A DNA stretch of 64,000 nt, the filler included, from Jimgerdemannia flammicorona (Eukaryota), in NCBI GenBank assembly GCA_003990765.1. It is 3 parts of 3 records of this genome, joined end to end, with 100 filler letters (N's around TTAATTAATTAA, not from the genome) between each part and the next. Parts side by side here need not be neighbours in the genome. Positions count along the whole stretch, not along the records: positions 21,521 to 42,933 come from RBNJ01001459.1; 2 more parts are not named here. The stretch is one strand, 5' to 3'. The notes below the pieces were generated by a model. It saw only the letters and a program-made list of their open reading frames with translations, made no database searches and was not told where the DNA came from. Positions 26,718 through 39,639 of this stretch are shown one piece after another (within the stretch, counting starts at the first letter, position 1; every line of letters begins with the position of its first letter). A program made the position numbers and the translations under genes.

Positions 26718-29700
26718 TTATAGTTACTTAGACTTTGCCATTTATTACCAGTCTATAGATATAGTTACAGTACCTTCTCCCACTACCCAATCCCCTGAAA
26801 GGGACCCCCCCCTATCTCTTTACACTTGAAAGACACCCTTTTACCCACCACCCCAACTCTCCCCCCGCTCTGCCTATAGACTTTCTCAATCAAACTATAC
26901 TACCAACTACTCTGCAGACTCTAACCAAGTCACCAGCTCATCAAGATGTCCTCCATCAGTTCTTCCCATCTTAGCAACTATGTCCTCAATCCTAGTCTCC
27001 TCTCATCCTTAAAAACAAACAACCAGTAATCCACCAATCCTACCTATACAGCTATAACCCAACCTAAAGTGAGCTACTCCAACCCAACTCCCTCCACCAA
27101 TCTATCCTGCAAATCCTTCCATCAGCCCCTCATATCATCTCCCCTATATATAATACTCAATTGATATCCAATCTCTAATCAGAAGTTATCAAGCACCTCA
27201 CACTCTTCTAGTCAATGTTCAGACATCTGCATAAAACCTTCTTCTTACTTTATATTATAGCACTTCTCACAGTCAAAACATCTCCTCTCAACTAGATGGC
27301 CTAAACAAAAGTTGAGCATAACATTCCTCTGCAATATATACTACCAGACCACTCAGTACTTTGATGGCAACTATCACCTGATCTCAACACTCTAAGCTCA
27401 AACTCCATTTCAATCCACTCCTCTCCAATACCTACCTGCTACTATCCACCAGGCCACAAATCCTGTCATAACTCTCTCTGATACTCTACTCCATCACTAA
27501 TATTGAAATTAACTAATGAGATGCCCCCCAATAATATATGGTCCCATCTCTACATCACAGGGCCCCAAGGCATCTTCCCTTCATCTCTCTGCCAGCAAAT
27601 TCCAATATAGTATATCCCATCTACAATCCCCCACCAGAATTGCTTATACCACATATGACTATTATTCTGAAGCCTAACCAAGGATAGTAGATTATCTGTA
27701 GAGCCTCTTGATGAGGACCTCATCTCTCAGACCCTCTTCATCAGGAGGACCCAGCTACTATTTTACAGCTCTACCATCCTCTTCAGCCACTATGCTCTTA
27801 GACAGTGCAGTTTCTTTGGAAAGTCAACCAGTCCCAGACCTCCTCTAACAACTGGTAGAGATAAGATATCCCAGCTAATCTGACTCCTCCTCCCAGCCCA
27901 GATCCAATCCTTAGCTAGTTTTAACAATCACTTTACTACTTAGACTGGGAAGCCAGATAATAAGCCAAATACTATAGCTTTGATAGCCAGTGGATATTCA
28001 AAATAGAAATATGCCCAGCTAGAGACAACTAGCAGCCACCCCAACTCTGCAGGGCCTCCCCCCAGATGATAATATACTGCTCCCACCAAGCCCTAGATAA
28101 GACTGACTCATAAACTGAGAGATAAATATCTAGGTATCACATCATCTCTCCAGCAGAGACAATTGTTTTAATGATATCCCCTCCCACCAGGCCATTATCT
28201 AACACCATCATCTCACACTTGTGCCAATTGAGTTTAGCCCCAGAATGCACCTCATACCACTCCACTGTTGCCTTGAGTTCTTCCACATTAGTGATTGATT
28301 TCAGGCCAATTACCATATTATCTACAAAGGCTCCAACCTTCCATCAAATGCCCAGAACTGAAAGCCCTACTATCTTCTACTGAATCCTATTCAACAAAGG
28401 CTCCAATGAGAGTACATACAAAATAGGGGACAGTGGGTCCCCTTGGGAAACCCCCCTACCTAGAGGAAAAGCCCCCTCTTAGTACCCATTACATATGAGT
28501 ACTGCTTGACTCTCTTTTATTACCACTTGGAACTGTTGAGAGATACCAATCCTATCTAGTACCTTTGCCAACCAGACCCACCAGACATAGTTGTATACCT
28601 TCTCTTGATTCAGAAAAACTAGATACCCATCCAGCCCACAGGCTCATACCCTCTCAATAACATCATGCATCTAAGCTATGCTATCCCTAATGAGCAAGCC
28701 ACCAACAAAGCCCTGCTGCTCCTCCCCCAATATCTGCTGGGACACTTTCTGTAGCCTTACTACTACCAACTTAATAACCAACTTCCTGTCCATATCCAGT
28801 AGCATAATTGACTGCCAGTTTCTCCAGTTCTCTCTCTTATATTTATTCTTATAGAGCAATACCACTTGCCCCAGATCCTGCTTGCCCACCCATCTTCCAG
28901 ACCATAGTACCAAGTTATATATTGCCATTAATTCTTCTAGCATACCAGAGATTTCCACTATCTTCTTCCAAAAGTTCTAAGGCAAGCCATCCTCCTCTAG
29001 TACTGTACCCAGTAAAGTTATGGCAAGAATCTGGTAAATCTTCTTCTCTTGTCTAGTAACACCAGGCTGTCCAGTCCTCTAAGGGATATAGTACTAGTAA
29101 CTACTCATCTATGAGACTTTTGAAGCCAGAGGAGTTTGAACCATCAACTAATTAGTTAAGATCAGAATTAGACTCTTGCTCTATAGGAAGAGAGTAATTC
29201 TTCACTATTACACCAAAATACATAGGGAAGATACTAGCCCATAAATACCACTTTTCAACCCCCTGCCAAAGATTATGGGATCAGCAAATTTTTTAGACTA
29301 GACCAATGAATAAGAATGTTCAAGAGAAGATTCTATAACAGTGGCCTCAGAATGATGACATCAGTATAGGAGATAGCCTTTCCTTATAAGCTACCAGATC
29401 AGAGTATAAGAAGATCATATGGTATGACTCACCTGGGCTACAAGATGAGCAATAATAACCAACCATAAGTCATTGTGACTATAAGACAGACATCTTGAGA
29501 AATATAAAAGAAAGATTAAGAAACTACAGTAGTAGTAATTCAAACAAAGCTCACAGAAATAGTTTTAAAGACTTACAACAAACAAAATGCCTACTACTTG
29601 CCAAACATCAAGGTCCAGAAACTACCAAGGCCCCTTAGTTCAGAAAAGAAAACTTGGAGTACAGACTTTAAGGAACTATCAGCCTGCTGTATAAATGTAC

Positions 29701-30610
29701 TGGAGGCCATAGTGGCCACAGAAGCCCAGTCTACTATCACCCTCAATAGTGATGAAGTAGAAGACTTCTGGTATCCCATCCTCTAGAACAATCTAGATCA
29801 ATTTATGTAAGGATTGATCTCAGCATTCCAAGGCCCCAGTATTCAGGTTAGATCTCCTCAAAACCTCACATTTGTTCCTTATTTTGTGAAAGAGAATGTT
29901 ATAGATTAGAGAGCCCCTACTACTGCCAACATAATGATATCATTGACAATGATGTCATTCTGCTAATTGGCAATATACATGAAGTATGTAAACTATATAA
30001 TATATGCAAAATAGATAAAACATTTGTGGATCTTATTTTCTTTAAGGGTATCCTGACCTCTGACAATGATAAAGATAAAATCCCCATAGTCCTGAACATT
30101 CTGCTCTAAGTTCTTAGTAATACTGAAATCTTCTGGTATTCTTTTTCTGTATAACTGAGTTCTATCAGCATCCTTTTTCTATAGCATCTAAATCTTCAAA
30201 CACACTTTTTCTGTACCACTGAAATCTACTTGTATCTTAAACTTATTCAACTATTTATATAGATACTTGAATTTGTACTTACAACTGTAGTTTTCTGTGT
30301 TCCAGTATTTTATTTGATTATTGGAATTTATATTTAGCTTTATCACTTAGCAACTATTGAATTATATTTTGTATAAATACCCCTCTTATTTCCTTTGAAA
30401 TAAAGTCAATTCTAGTTCACTTATCCTCAATTCTATACAAGCAATCTAAGAGATAATAAGACAGTTTAAAGATAAGAAGTTTGAGGACTATAAGACCTTA
30501 GGAAGATACTCCAATAAGAACTTGCTTATAACAAACTTATGGTTAGTCTAAGAGATATATCTTAAAGAGAATCTGATATATTTGAAGGACTCAGTGACCA
30601 CTATGTAACA
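22881..30610 (+). mobile_element. Family A, 5'-truncated and more decayed copy (B), from mid-protease to the 3' LTR 29334-30610
   Basis: Colinear with 3440-9076; the LTR ORF has an internal deletion; ends CTATGTAACA. Confidence 0.9.
26686..29076 (-). mobile_element. 5'-truncated LINE nested in copy B, with 14 bp TSD
   Basis: TSD CTCTAAGGGATATA at 26672-26685 and 29077-29090; RT fragments; tail region is (AT)n/T-rich. Confidence 0.88.
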
Positions 30611-31348
30611 TTATATAGCTTCTCTTTTAGCAAAAGATTAAAGATCAATAGATTGAGATATTAATATATTTTCTATGCTTTTTATAACTTTAGAATTTAT
30701 ACAGCTTGAGTAATAGTAATAATAATAATAATAATAACTTGAGTCACTTAGATAGCTAAGATAGTAGCTTATATAGTAATGATCAGAATAGTAGAAATAA
30801 CTTTAAAAGTAATTTTAGAGATAACTTTAGAGATAGTAGCTATAAGTAGATACTTTATTAGAGTATTTATTGTCACATAGTGGTCACTGAGTCCTTCAAA
30901 TATGCCAGATTCTCTTCAAGGTATATCTCTTAGACTAACTCAAGTTTATTATAAGCAAGTTCTTATTGGAGTATCTTTCCAAGGTCTTATAGTCCTCAAA
31001 CTTCTTATCTTTAACTGTCTTGTTATCCATTAGATTGCTTGCAAGGAAGTGTGTGTATTGCACTGAGTTGACTGATTTTATTTCAGAGAAAATAAGAGGG
31101 GTATTTATACAAAATATAATTCAATGGTTGCTAAGATATAAAGCTAAATATAAATTCCAATAACTAAAACTACTAAGTTCCAGGGTCAGCACTGATGTTT
31201 GTACAGGTTCAGGATGCTGGTATTATTTAGTGTTATATCAAAATGCTGGTGCTGGAACAATTTCGCATTACCTCAGAATACCAGTGCTGGCATTATCCAG
31301 TGTTACATGAGAATATCAGTACTGACATTATCCAGTGTAACAAAGAAC

Positions 31349-32152
31349 TTAGAGCAGAAAGTTCAGGACTATGGGGGCTTTATCATCATCATCATCATCA
31401 TTACTGAAGGAGATGAGATCCATGAATTCATCATGCAGGTTGTATGTTTTGCATACTTTGCATGCTTCAGGTACATCACATTCGGTGGTGGAGAAACTGG
31501 GAATAAGATCTGGAGCTCTCCAGTCTATGAGGTTCTCTTCCACAAAATAGGGGACAAATGTGGGGTCTTGGGGAGATCTAACCTAGATGCTTGGGCCTTG
31601 GAATACTGAGATCAATCCTTGCAGGAATTGGTCTGGGTTGTCCTGAAAGATAGGATGCCAGAAGTCTTCTACTTCTTTGCTGTTGAGGGTGATAGTGGAC
31701 TGGGCTTCTGTAGCCACCCTGGCTTCTAGTGCATTGATATGGCGGGATGATAGGTCTCTGAAGTCTGAGACTCTAACATACTCCAAGTTGGGGATCAACC
31801 ATGGTGTATGCCTGAAGATCTGATGGATCTTCATAGCTGTCCTTGTTTCACATATATCTATGGAAGTGGCATCTTGTAGCTCTTGGATGCTGGTCTGTGG
31901 GAACTCCTAGTAGAGGAGATTACCTATTTCATACTTCTACCACATTTGGAGACATTTGGTAGCAATGGTGATCCTTGTTTCCATTTTGTAGCAGTAGAGA
32001 ATAAAGTGATAAGGGTCTGCAGTACCCAGGTTGACATTAGGAGTCCTTCTTGAGTGGGTCCCCATGGCTCTTCTGATGTCTTGGAACATCCTTTCCTCAA
32101 CTGAGATACCTTGGTAATTTCTTGACCTTGAGGTTTGGTGGGCAGTAGGCAT
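31349..32152 (-). pseudogene. LTR accessory ORF, disrupted (A2 3' LTR)
   Basis: In-frame fragments 31937-32152, 31583-31834 and 31349-31543. Confidence 0.8.
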
Positions 32153-32759
32153 TTCATTTGTGATAAGTCTTTGAGCTATTTTGGGATTGGTGGTTCTTGT
32201 TGGTTGCTGCTACTGCAGTTCCTTGATTCTTCTTTTATATTCTTCAGGATGCTTGTACTGTGGTCACAATGACTCACAGTTGGTCATCATTGCTCATCTT
32301 GTATGCCATATGATCTTCTTGTGCTCTGATCTGGTGGCTTGCAAGAAAAGGCTGTCTCCTGTACTGATGTCATCATTCTGGGGTCACTGTTACATCTTCC
32401 TCCTGAATAAGGATCTTCTTGAGCATCCTTATTCATTGGTCCAGTCCTGAAAAATTTGCTGATCCCATAATCTCTGGCAAGGGGTTGAAAAGTGGTGTTT
32501 ATAGGCTAGTGTCTTCTCTTTGTATTTTGACATAATGGTGAAGGGTCACTTCCTTCATATAGAGCAAGGGCCTGATTCTGATCTTGACCAATCAGTTGAT
32601 GGTTTGAACTTCTCTAACTTCAAAAGTCTCATGGATGAGTAGTTGCCAGTGCCATATCCCTTAGAGAATGGTCCAGACAGATAGCCTGCTGGTCATGAGA
32701 CATGCTGTTATGATTCGCGGACTAGAACCTCATGGGCAGTCATTATGTTTTGCTTCTCT

Positions 32760-35700
32760 TGTATAGGTTTGTGGTACTTCTTAAGTTTATTCTTATATAC
32801 CATGGTAGGCAGTATGGTCCCTGAGATTTTTCTAAGCCAGAAGGTAGTTCTCTTGATATCTTACAGGTAGAAGGGTCCTTCTCATTTGGGCTCCAGTTTT
32901 CACAACTATGAGGCTTCTACCATATTTCAATACAGTAGAATCTTTTCTCCAATTTGGATGGGTTCTAGGGTCTTATGATTCTTTTCCATATTCTTCTTTG
33001 TCAGCGCTTGTGACTTGGTAATGTAATCTTCAGCCTTCTTTCTGATTTGGTGTAGTCTCCAGGTTTCTGCATCAACCTGTCTCCAAGTTAGGTCTAGATT
33101 TGTGGCTGAGGTTCCATCAGAATCTTCTTCTCCAAAGAGTAGCTCTCTTGGGATAAAATGTGTACTCTGTGACTGTATGTCTCATAGGACAGAGAGGGCA
33201 GTTGGGAGATAGTTATCCCAATTCTTATATGTCTTTGAGATCTTCACTAAAATGTTCTTGAGGGTCTTGTTGGTTCTCTCTGTCTGTCCATTTTCTTGAG
33301 GGTGGTATGCAGTGGTCTTGATGTGCTGGATCTTGTATTTCTGATACATTATCTCATGGAATCCATTGACAAATTCTGTTCCATGGTCTGTTGTAATTTG
33401 CTTTGGTGTCTTGTAGCAGCAGATGATTTCTTGGTGTAGGAAGTTGGCTATAGAGAGAGCATTGGCTTCTTATAATACTCCTGCCTCTATCCATTTGGTG
33501 AAGAGGTCTATAATAACTATAATATAGCAGTTTCCTGATAGTGTTACTGGTAGTAGTCCAATGATATCCATTACGATATGGTAGAAGGGGATAGGCTCAA
33601 TTCTTGATGACCCGGGTGCCTGGTCTTGCTGATCTTGTTTCTGTTTTGGTACTTGTCACACCCTTTGACAAATTGGCATAGGTCTTCTTCCATCTTGGGC
33701 CACTACATGGTTCTTCTTATCTTGTTATATGTATTAGTTCCTCCTAAGTGTCCTTGCTTGTGTACTTCCTTCATTACTTGATACTTCTTGTGTTCAGGTA
33801 TTACTAGCTTTCCTCCTTTTCTGAGTATAGTGTTGTCTAATTCAAACTGTTTCCAAGTCCGGTTGATGATGGTGATTGTCCAGGGTTTGAGATGGTTGGG
33901 CATCTTCTACTGCCCAAGATAGCTGATTAATCCATAGTATAGCTCCTTATTCATGTTGAATAATCTTGATGGGGGTGTTTCAGGGTGTCCCTGAGAGTGC
34001 ATCAGCATTGGTATTGGTCTTTCCTGAGCAGTGCTTGACAGTACAGTCATACTCTTGCAGTCTGTAGATCCATCTGGCATATATTCCTTTAGGGTTCAGA
34101 GTGTGGAATAGCCAGGCAAAAGTGGAATGGTCTGTTTGAATGGTGAAGTGTTTCCTAGCTAGGTAGTAGTGGAACTTGTCTACTGCCCAAACTACTGCTA
34201 AGCATTCAAGCTTGCATGACTCATAGTTCTGTTCTGCTCTGTGGATACCTTGGCTTGCATAGGAGATGACATATTCATGTCCATCTTTCTTCTGAGCTAG
34301 GACTGCTCCAAGTTCTATAGTATTCGCATCTGTCTGCAGGATGAATTCTAGATTCCAGTCTGATCTTCTGAGGATGGGTACTTGAGTCAACCTGGTCTTG
34401 AGTTCATTGAAGGTTTCTTGGTGCTCCTTGGTCCATTCAAATTTGGGCTCCTTCTTCAGTAGCTCATAGATAGATGCTGCAATGTTGGAGTATCCTTTGA
34501 TGAATCTTCTGTAGTAGCTGGCCAGTCCAAGGAAGGCATGGACTTCTGTGGTTGTTCTGGGTCTCAGGTAGGCTGCAACAGCCTCAATCTTCATAGGGTC
34601 TGTGTGGATTCCAGTCTGATTGATGAGGTGTCCTAGGTAGGCAATTTCTTGAGCATTTCTTGGGCTTGATATAGAGGCCATGCTCCTTGAGCCTCTTGAG
34701 GGCTAGCTGTATGTAATTGATATATTCCCATGCAGTATTGCTGAAGATGATCACATCATCAATATAGACAAAGAGCCATTTTCCAATCTCATTGCTGAAG
34801 ACTCTGTTCATCATTCGCTGGAAACTTGCTGGGGCATTGCACATTCCAAATGGCATTTGCAGATAGATATAGATGGCATCAGATATGATGAAGGCTGATT
34901 TCTTACTGACATCTTGAGTGAGACCAATCTGATGAAAGCCTGAGAACAGATCCAAGGTGGCATAGTATTTGGCTTCGCTTCCAAGAGTGGTAAGGATTTC
35001 TTGAATATTTGGTAAGAGCTGCCTATCCTTCTTGGTGATGGCATTGAGTTTCCTGTAGTCAATGCAGAGTTTTGGTACAAACTCTCCAGGCTTGCTTCCT
35101 TTCTTCAGGGCTAGGACAATAGGTGAGGCCCAGGAGCTGATAGCTTGCTTGATGATTCCAGCTTCTTCCATTTCCTTAAGTTCTGCTTACAGCCACTCTC
35201 TGTAGGCAGATAGTATGGGTCTGGCTTTCTGATAGATAGGCTTAGTATCACTGGTGTCAACTTTGTGGTAGTACTTAGGTGCTTGTTTGTGGATATCCCT
35301 AAAGTCTGTAGCAAGTACTCCTTGATTCTGGTGCAGGATCTTGAGAAGTTGTTTCTCCAGAGGAAAGTTTTCTCCAATGGTATATGTGTGCTTGTTCTGG
35401 TCCTTATCTTTCTTATGCTCAAGTTCAGTAATCTTGGTGGCAGCATAGGCTCCTCTTCCAGTAGATCCAAAACCTTGTTCTTCTCTCTTGGTCTTGATAA
35501 GTTTGATGGCTTCTATGATCTTGGGCTTCTTGATTTCGTGGATCAGCATCTGGCCAATCCTGTTATACTTCTTGACTTCGAAGGGAGTGGTGTGGTTGTG
35601 ATTTCTGACTATAAGGAAGATCTCGCTAGTGTAATCAGAGTCAATTACTCCTCCTTCAACTGAGATTTTGCTTTTGGCCAGACTGCTCCTGGTCTTGATA

Positions 35701-38023
35701 ATTCCAGCATGGTTCTCTGATAACTTGACTCCAATTCCAGTGCCAAGTAGGGTAGTGGTCTGTGGTTCAAGAGTAGCATCTTGAATGCTGGCAAGGTCCA
35801 TTCCTATGGCTCCTTCAGTCTTGTATTTTGGGATCTTAGCTTTAGGGTGAAACTTCTTGACCTTGAGAGTGATGTCTGATTCTTATTCCTCCTCATCATC
35901 ACTGTCAGCTTGAAGCTCTGGGGGCTGGTCATCTTCTTTGGCTTTCCTTTTTACTTTGGTGGCTTCTTGCTCATGTTTCTATTGGTGGATTTTCCTGACT
36001 TCACTGATACAGGACCAGTAGTCATTCAGGTGTTTGGCAGTACATTCTAGTGCTATGGGGGCATCTTCCTTGAGGGGCATAGCCATCAATGATCTTGTTG
36101 TTATACTGCTCATCTGTGAGCTTGGGTGTCTTGTTCTTGTTCTTGTTCACCAAGTGCATGAAGACCTCTGTGTCCTCTTCATCTCCTTCCTCCATGTCTG
36201 GTAGAACTCCTTTGTGGACATTAATAGAGACTCATACCTTTCTTCCTCTGTAGTTGATCTGCATCTTCTGGGCATTGAGGTCAATGATGGCCTTGGCCTT
36301 GTGAAGCCATTGGTTACCAATGAGAATGTCATTGTTGGTGGTGCTTGTAACAATCATATCTACTGGGATGGTAGCTCCTCCTATCTTAATGGGGACTTCT
36401 CGGATTTTGCCAAGGGGGGTAGCTCATGTACCATCTGCTATAACATAGATCATCTTGGTGAACTCTTCAATATTCTAACCTAGGTGGTCAATTGCCTTTT
36501 TGCTCATGAGGCATCCCCCAGCACCAGTATCAATGATGGCATCAAAGATACAATCTTCAATCTGACATGGAGTATAGGCTGATGTCTTGCACTGGTCTTC
36601 AGATTCTTCATCTGAGTTCTCAGATTCTTCCTGTACATTGTGAGCTTCTACAATCTTGTACTCTTGATTCTTAGCAGTAGTTGCAAGTCCTACTCTCAAC
36701 TGCTGTCTGAAGGCAGGGACTTCAGCTAGCTATCCAAAAGTGGCATTGATCTTCTGTTCTTTGAGGTCCTTGTAGATGTCATACTGGTGGATCTTGGTCT
36801 TGCACAGCTTCTGTTCCTTCTTGCTTTCACTTTCTCCTGAGACTGAAGTAGTGCCTTCAATAATTTGGTGAGCAACTTCATCTAATTCCATGTCTTGATC
36901 AATCTCCTTGGGTTGAGTCTTGCTTTGAATAGTGACAGCTGGGGTCTTCTTTGGTCTTCCAACTGGCTTGCTGTTGCTCTTCTTGTCATAGGGCTTGGAC
37001 TGGGTTCTGGTACCTTCAGTAGCAGAGTAGAATTCAAGCTCCTCATAGTATTCTTCATCATCAGTATCACTGATCTCCTCAATGACTACTGCATTGGTTT
37101 GTTCTCTAGTTCAGCTAGCATTACTTGGTTGGGCTTTGCATCTTATTTCAGTCATGCAACTCTTTGCATAGTGGCCTTCTTCTCCACATCTGAAGTATAT
37201 GATATTGTATTCTTCTGTAGCAGCTGCAAATCTCTGCACTGGTCTCCTGTTGGTACTTTGGACTTCTCTAACAATGTCACTAAGGTGTGCAGTCATCTCA
37301 GCAAACTGCTTGGCAAGTTCCTCCACTGGGTCAGCTTTGGCTGTCTTGGGGGTAGGTGGGATTGGTTGTCTGTTTACGACTGTGGCAGATAAGATACTAG
37401 TTGGCTTTGATGGCTCTATCTTGATGCCAGTTATTTTCTCCATTAAGTGTTCAGCAGGGTGTCTGGCAGTCCAATATCTCTGTACAAAGACCACTTTCTG
37501 ATCAAGAGTCAGTGTAGCTGGGGTAGACTGAATTGCTAGGGCAATTTCAGGGTAAACTTCTTTGAGGAAGATTGAATCTGCTATTTGTTCTTTGAGGTAG
37601 TCATTATAGCTGGCCAAGACAATCTGGTGGCAGATTTGAGTATAGAATGAGTTGGGATCTTCACTAAGTCCCTAGCAGATAGTATTGAGTTGATCCTTGA
37701 GAGCTTGCTTGATCTCTTCAGTATAATATGTTATTCTGAGGAAGACCTTTATATTGGCAAGTTTGGCTGCACCAGCATCAGCAATGGTAGCTGTATTGAA
37801 CTTGTCTCTGGCAGGTCCTCTAAGGCTGACTGGTAGAAGGACCAATTGTGCATCTACACCAAGGGCTTGTATGGTGGCGAATTGTTCAAAGTCTTCAATG
37901 AAGGTCAGAATTGACTCTTCAGTAGTATATCTATAGAATGTGGGGGGACACATTTCCATCTTGTCTTGAATTCTTGCAGGGGTGACTCTTGTAGTCAAGG
38001 TAGTTGTTGTGGGGGTTGTTCAT
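32760..38023 (-). pseudogene. A2 gag-PR-dUTPase-RT-RNaseH and separate-frame integrase
   Basis: IIDTGAG, dUTPase 35187-35801, YIDD in 34584-35171, RNaseH in 33980-34681, integrase from about 33954. Confidence 0.9.
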
Positions 38024-38557
38024 TTTTTAGCTTGAAAGTGAGAGATTCATCTTGAATCACCAGCCAATGAGCACTAAGTTGTCACATAGTAGTTGCTGAG
38101 TCCTTCAAATATGCCAGATTCTCTTCAAGGTATATCTCTTAGATTAACTCAAGTTTGTTATAAGCAAGTTCTTATTGGAGTGCCTTCCCAAGGTCTTATA
38201 GTCCTCAAACTTCTTATCTTTAACTGTCTTGTTATCTCTTAGATTGCTTGCAAAGAAGTGTGTGTATTGCACTGAGTTGACTGACTTTATTTCAGAGGAA
38301 ATAAGAGGGGTATTTATACAAAATATAATTCAATGGTTGCTAAGATATAAAGCTAAATACAAATTCCAATAACTAAAACTACTAAGTTCCAGAGTCAGTA
38401 CTGATGGTTGTACAGGTTCAGAATTCTGGTATTATTTAGTATTATATCAAAATGCCAGTGCTGGAACAATTTCACATCACCTCAGATTATCGGTACTGGC
38501 ATTATCCAGTGTTATATGAGAATACCAGTGCTGGCATTATCCAGTGTAACAAAGCAC

Positions 38558-39397
38558 TTAGAGTAGGAAGTTCAGGACCATGGAAGCTTCATCATCATCA
38601 TCATCATCATTATCACTGAAGGAGATGAGATCCACGAATTTGTCATATAGGTCACACATTTCATATACTTTGCATGCTTCAGGTATATTGTGCAGAATGA
38701 CATCATCACTGATGACATCATCACATTCAGCAGCAGGGAAACCAGGAACAAGATCTGGAGCTCTCCAGTCTATGAGATTCTCTTCCACAAAATAGGGGAC
38801 AAATGTGGAGTCTTGGAGAGATCTAACCCAGATGCTTGGGCCTTAGAATACTGAGATCAATCCTTGCAGGAATTGGTCTGAGTTGTTCTGAAGGATAGGA
38901 TGCCAGAAGTCTTCTACTTCTTCACTGTTGAGAGTGATAGTGGACTAGGCTTCTGTAGCCACCCTGGCTTCTAGTGCATTGATACAGCAGGATGACAGAT
39001 CTCTGAAGTCTGAGACTCTAACATACTCCAAGTTGGGGATTGACCATAGTGCATGCCTGAAGATCTGATGGATCTTCTTAGCTGTCCTCATTTTATATAT
39101 ATTCATGGGAGTGGCATCTTGTAGCTCTTGAGTGCTGGCCTGTGGGAACACCCAGCAGAAGAGGTTATCTATTTCATACTCCTGCCACATTTGGAGGCAT
39201 TCGGTAGCAATGGTGATCCTTGTTTCCATTTTGTGACAGTAGAGAATAAAGTGATAAGAGTCTGCAGTATCCAGGTTAACACTAGGAGTCCTTCTTGAGC
39301 GGGTCTCCATGGCTCTTCTGATGTCTTGGAACATCCTTTCCTTAACTGAGATACCTTGGTGATTCCTTGACCTTGAGGTTTGGTAGGCAGCAGGCAT
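38558..39397 (-). pseudogene. LTR accessory ORF, disrupted (A2 5' LTR)
   Basis: Fragments 38945-39397 and 38558-38788. Confidence 0.8.
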
Positions 39398-39639
39398 TTT
39401 GTTTGTGGTAAGTCTTTGAGTTATTTTGGGATTGGTGGTTCTTATTGATTGCTACTACTGCAGTTCCTTAATCCTTCTTTTATATTCTTCAAAATACTTG
39501 TACTGTGGTCACAATGACTCACAGTTGGTCATCATTGCTCATCTTGTATGCCATATGATCTTCTTGTGCTCCAATCTGATGGCTTGTAAGGAAAGGCTGT
39601 CTCCTGTGCTAATGTCATCATTCTGGGGTCACTATTATA

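Larger units (their letters stand above)
30871..39639 (-). mobile_element. Family A copy 2 (full-length, degenerate)
   Basis: LTRs 30871-32394 (3') and 38080-39639 (5'); PPT 32395-32405; same domain order as A1; TTAT on both flanks. Confidence 0.95.

Noticed and set aside
217..30614. A1 5' LTR and B 3' LTR as one giant nested element (both flanked by TTAT)
   Set aside because: Their tandem repeat arrays differ, and an assembly gap lies between them.
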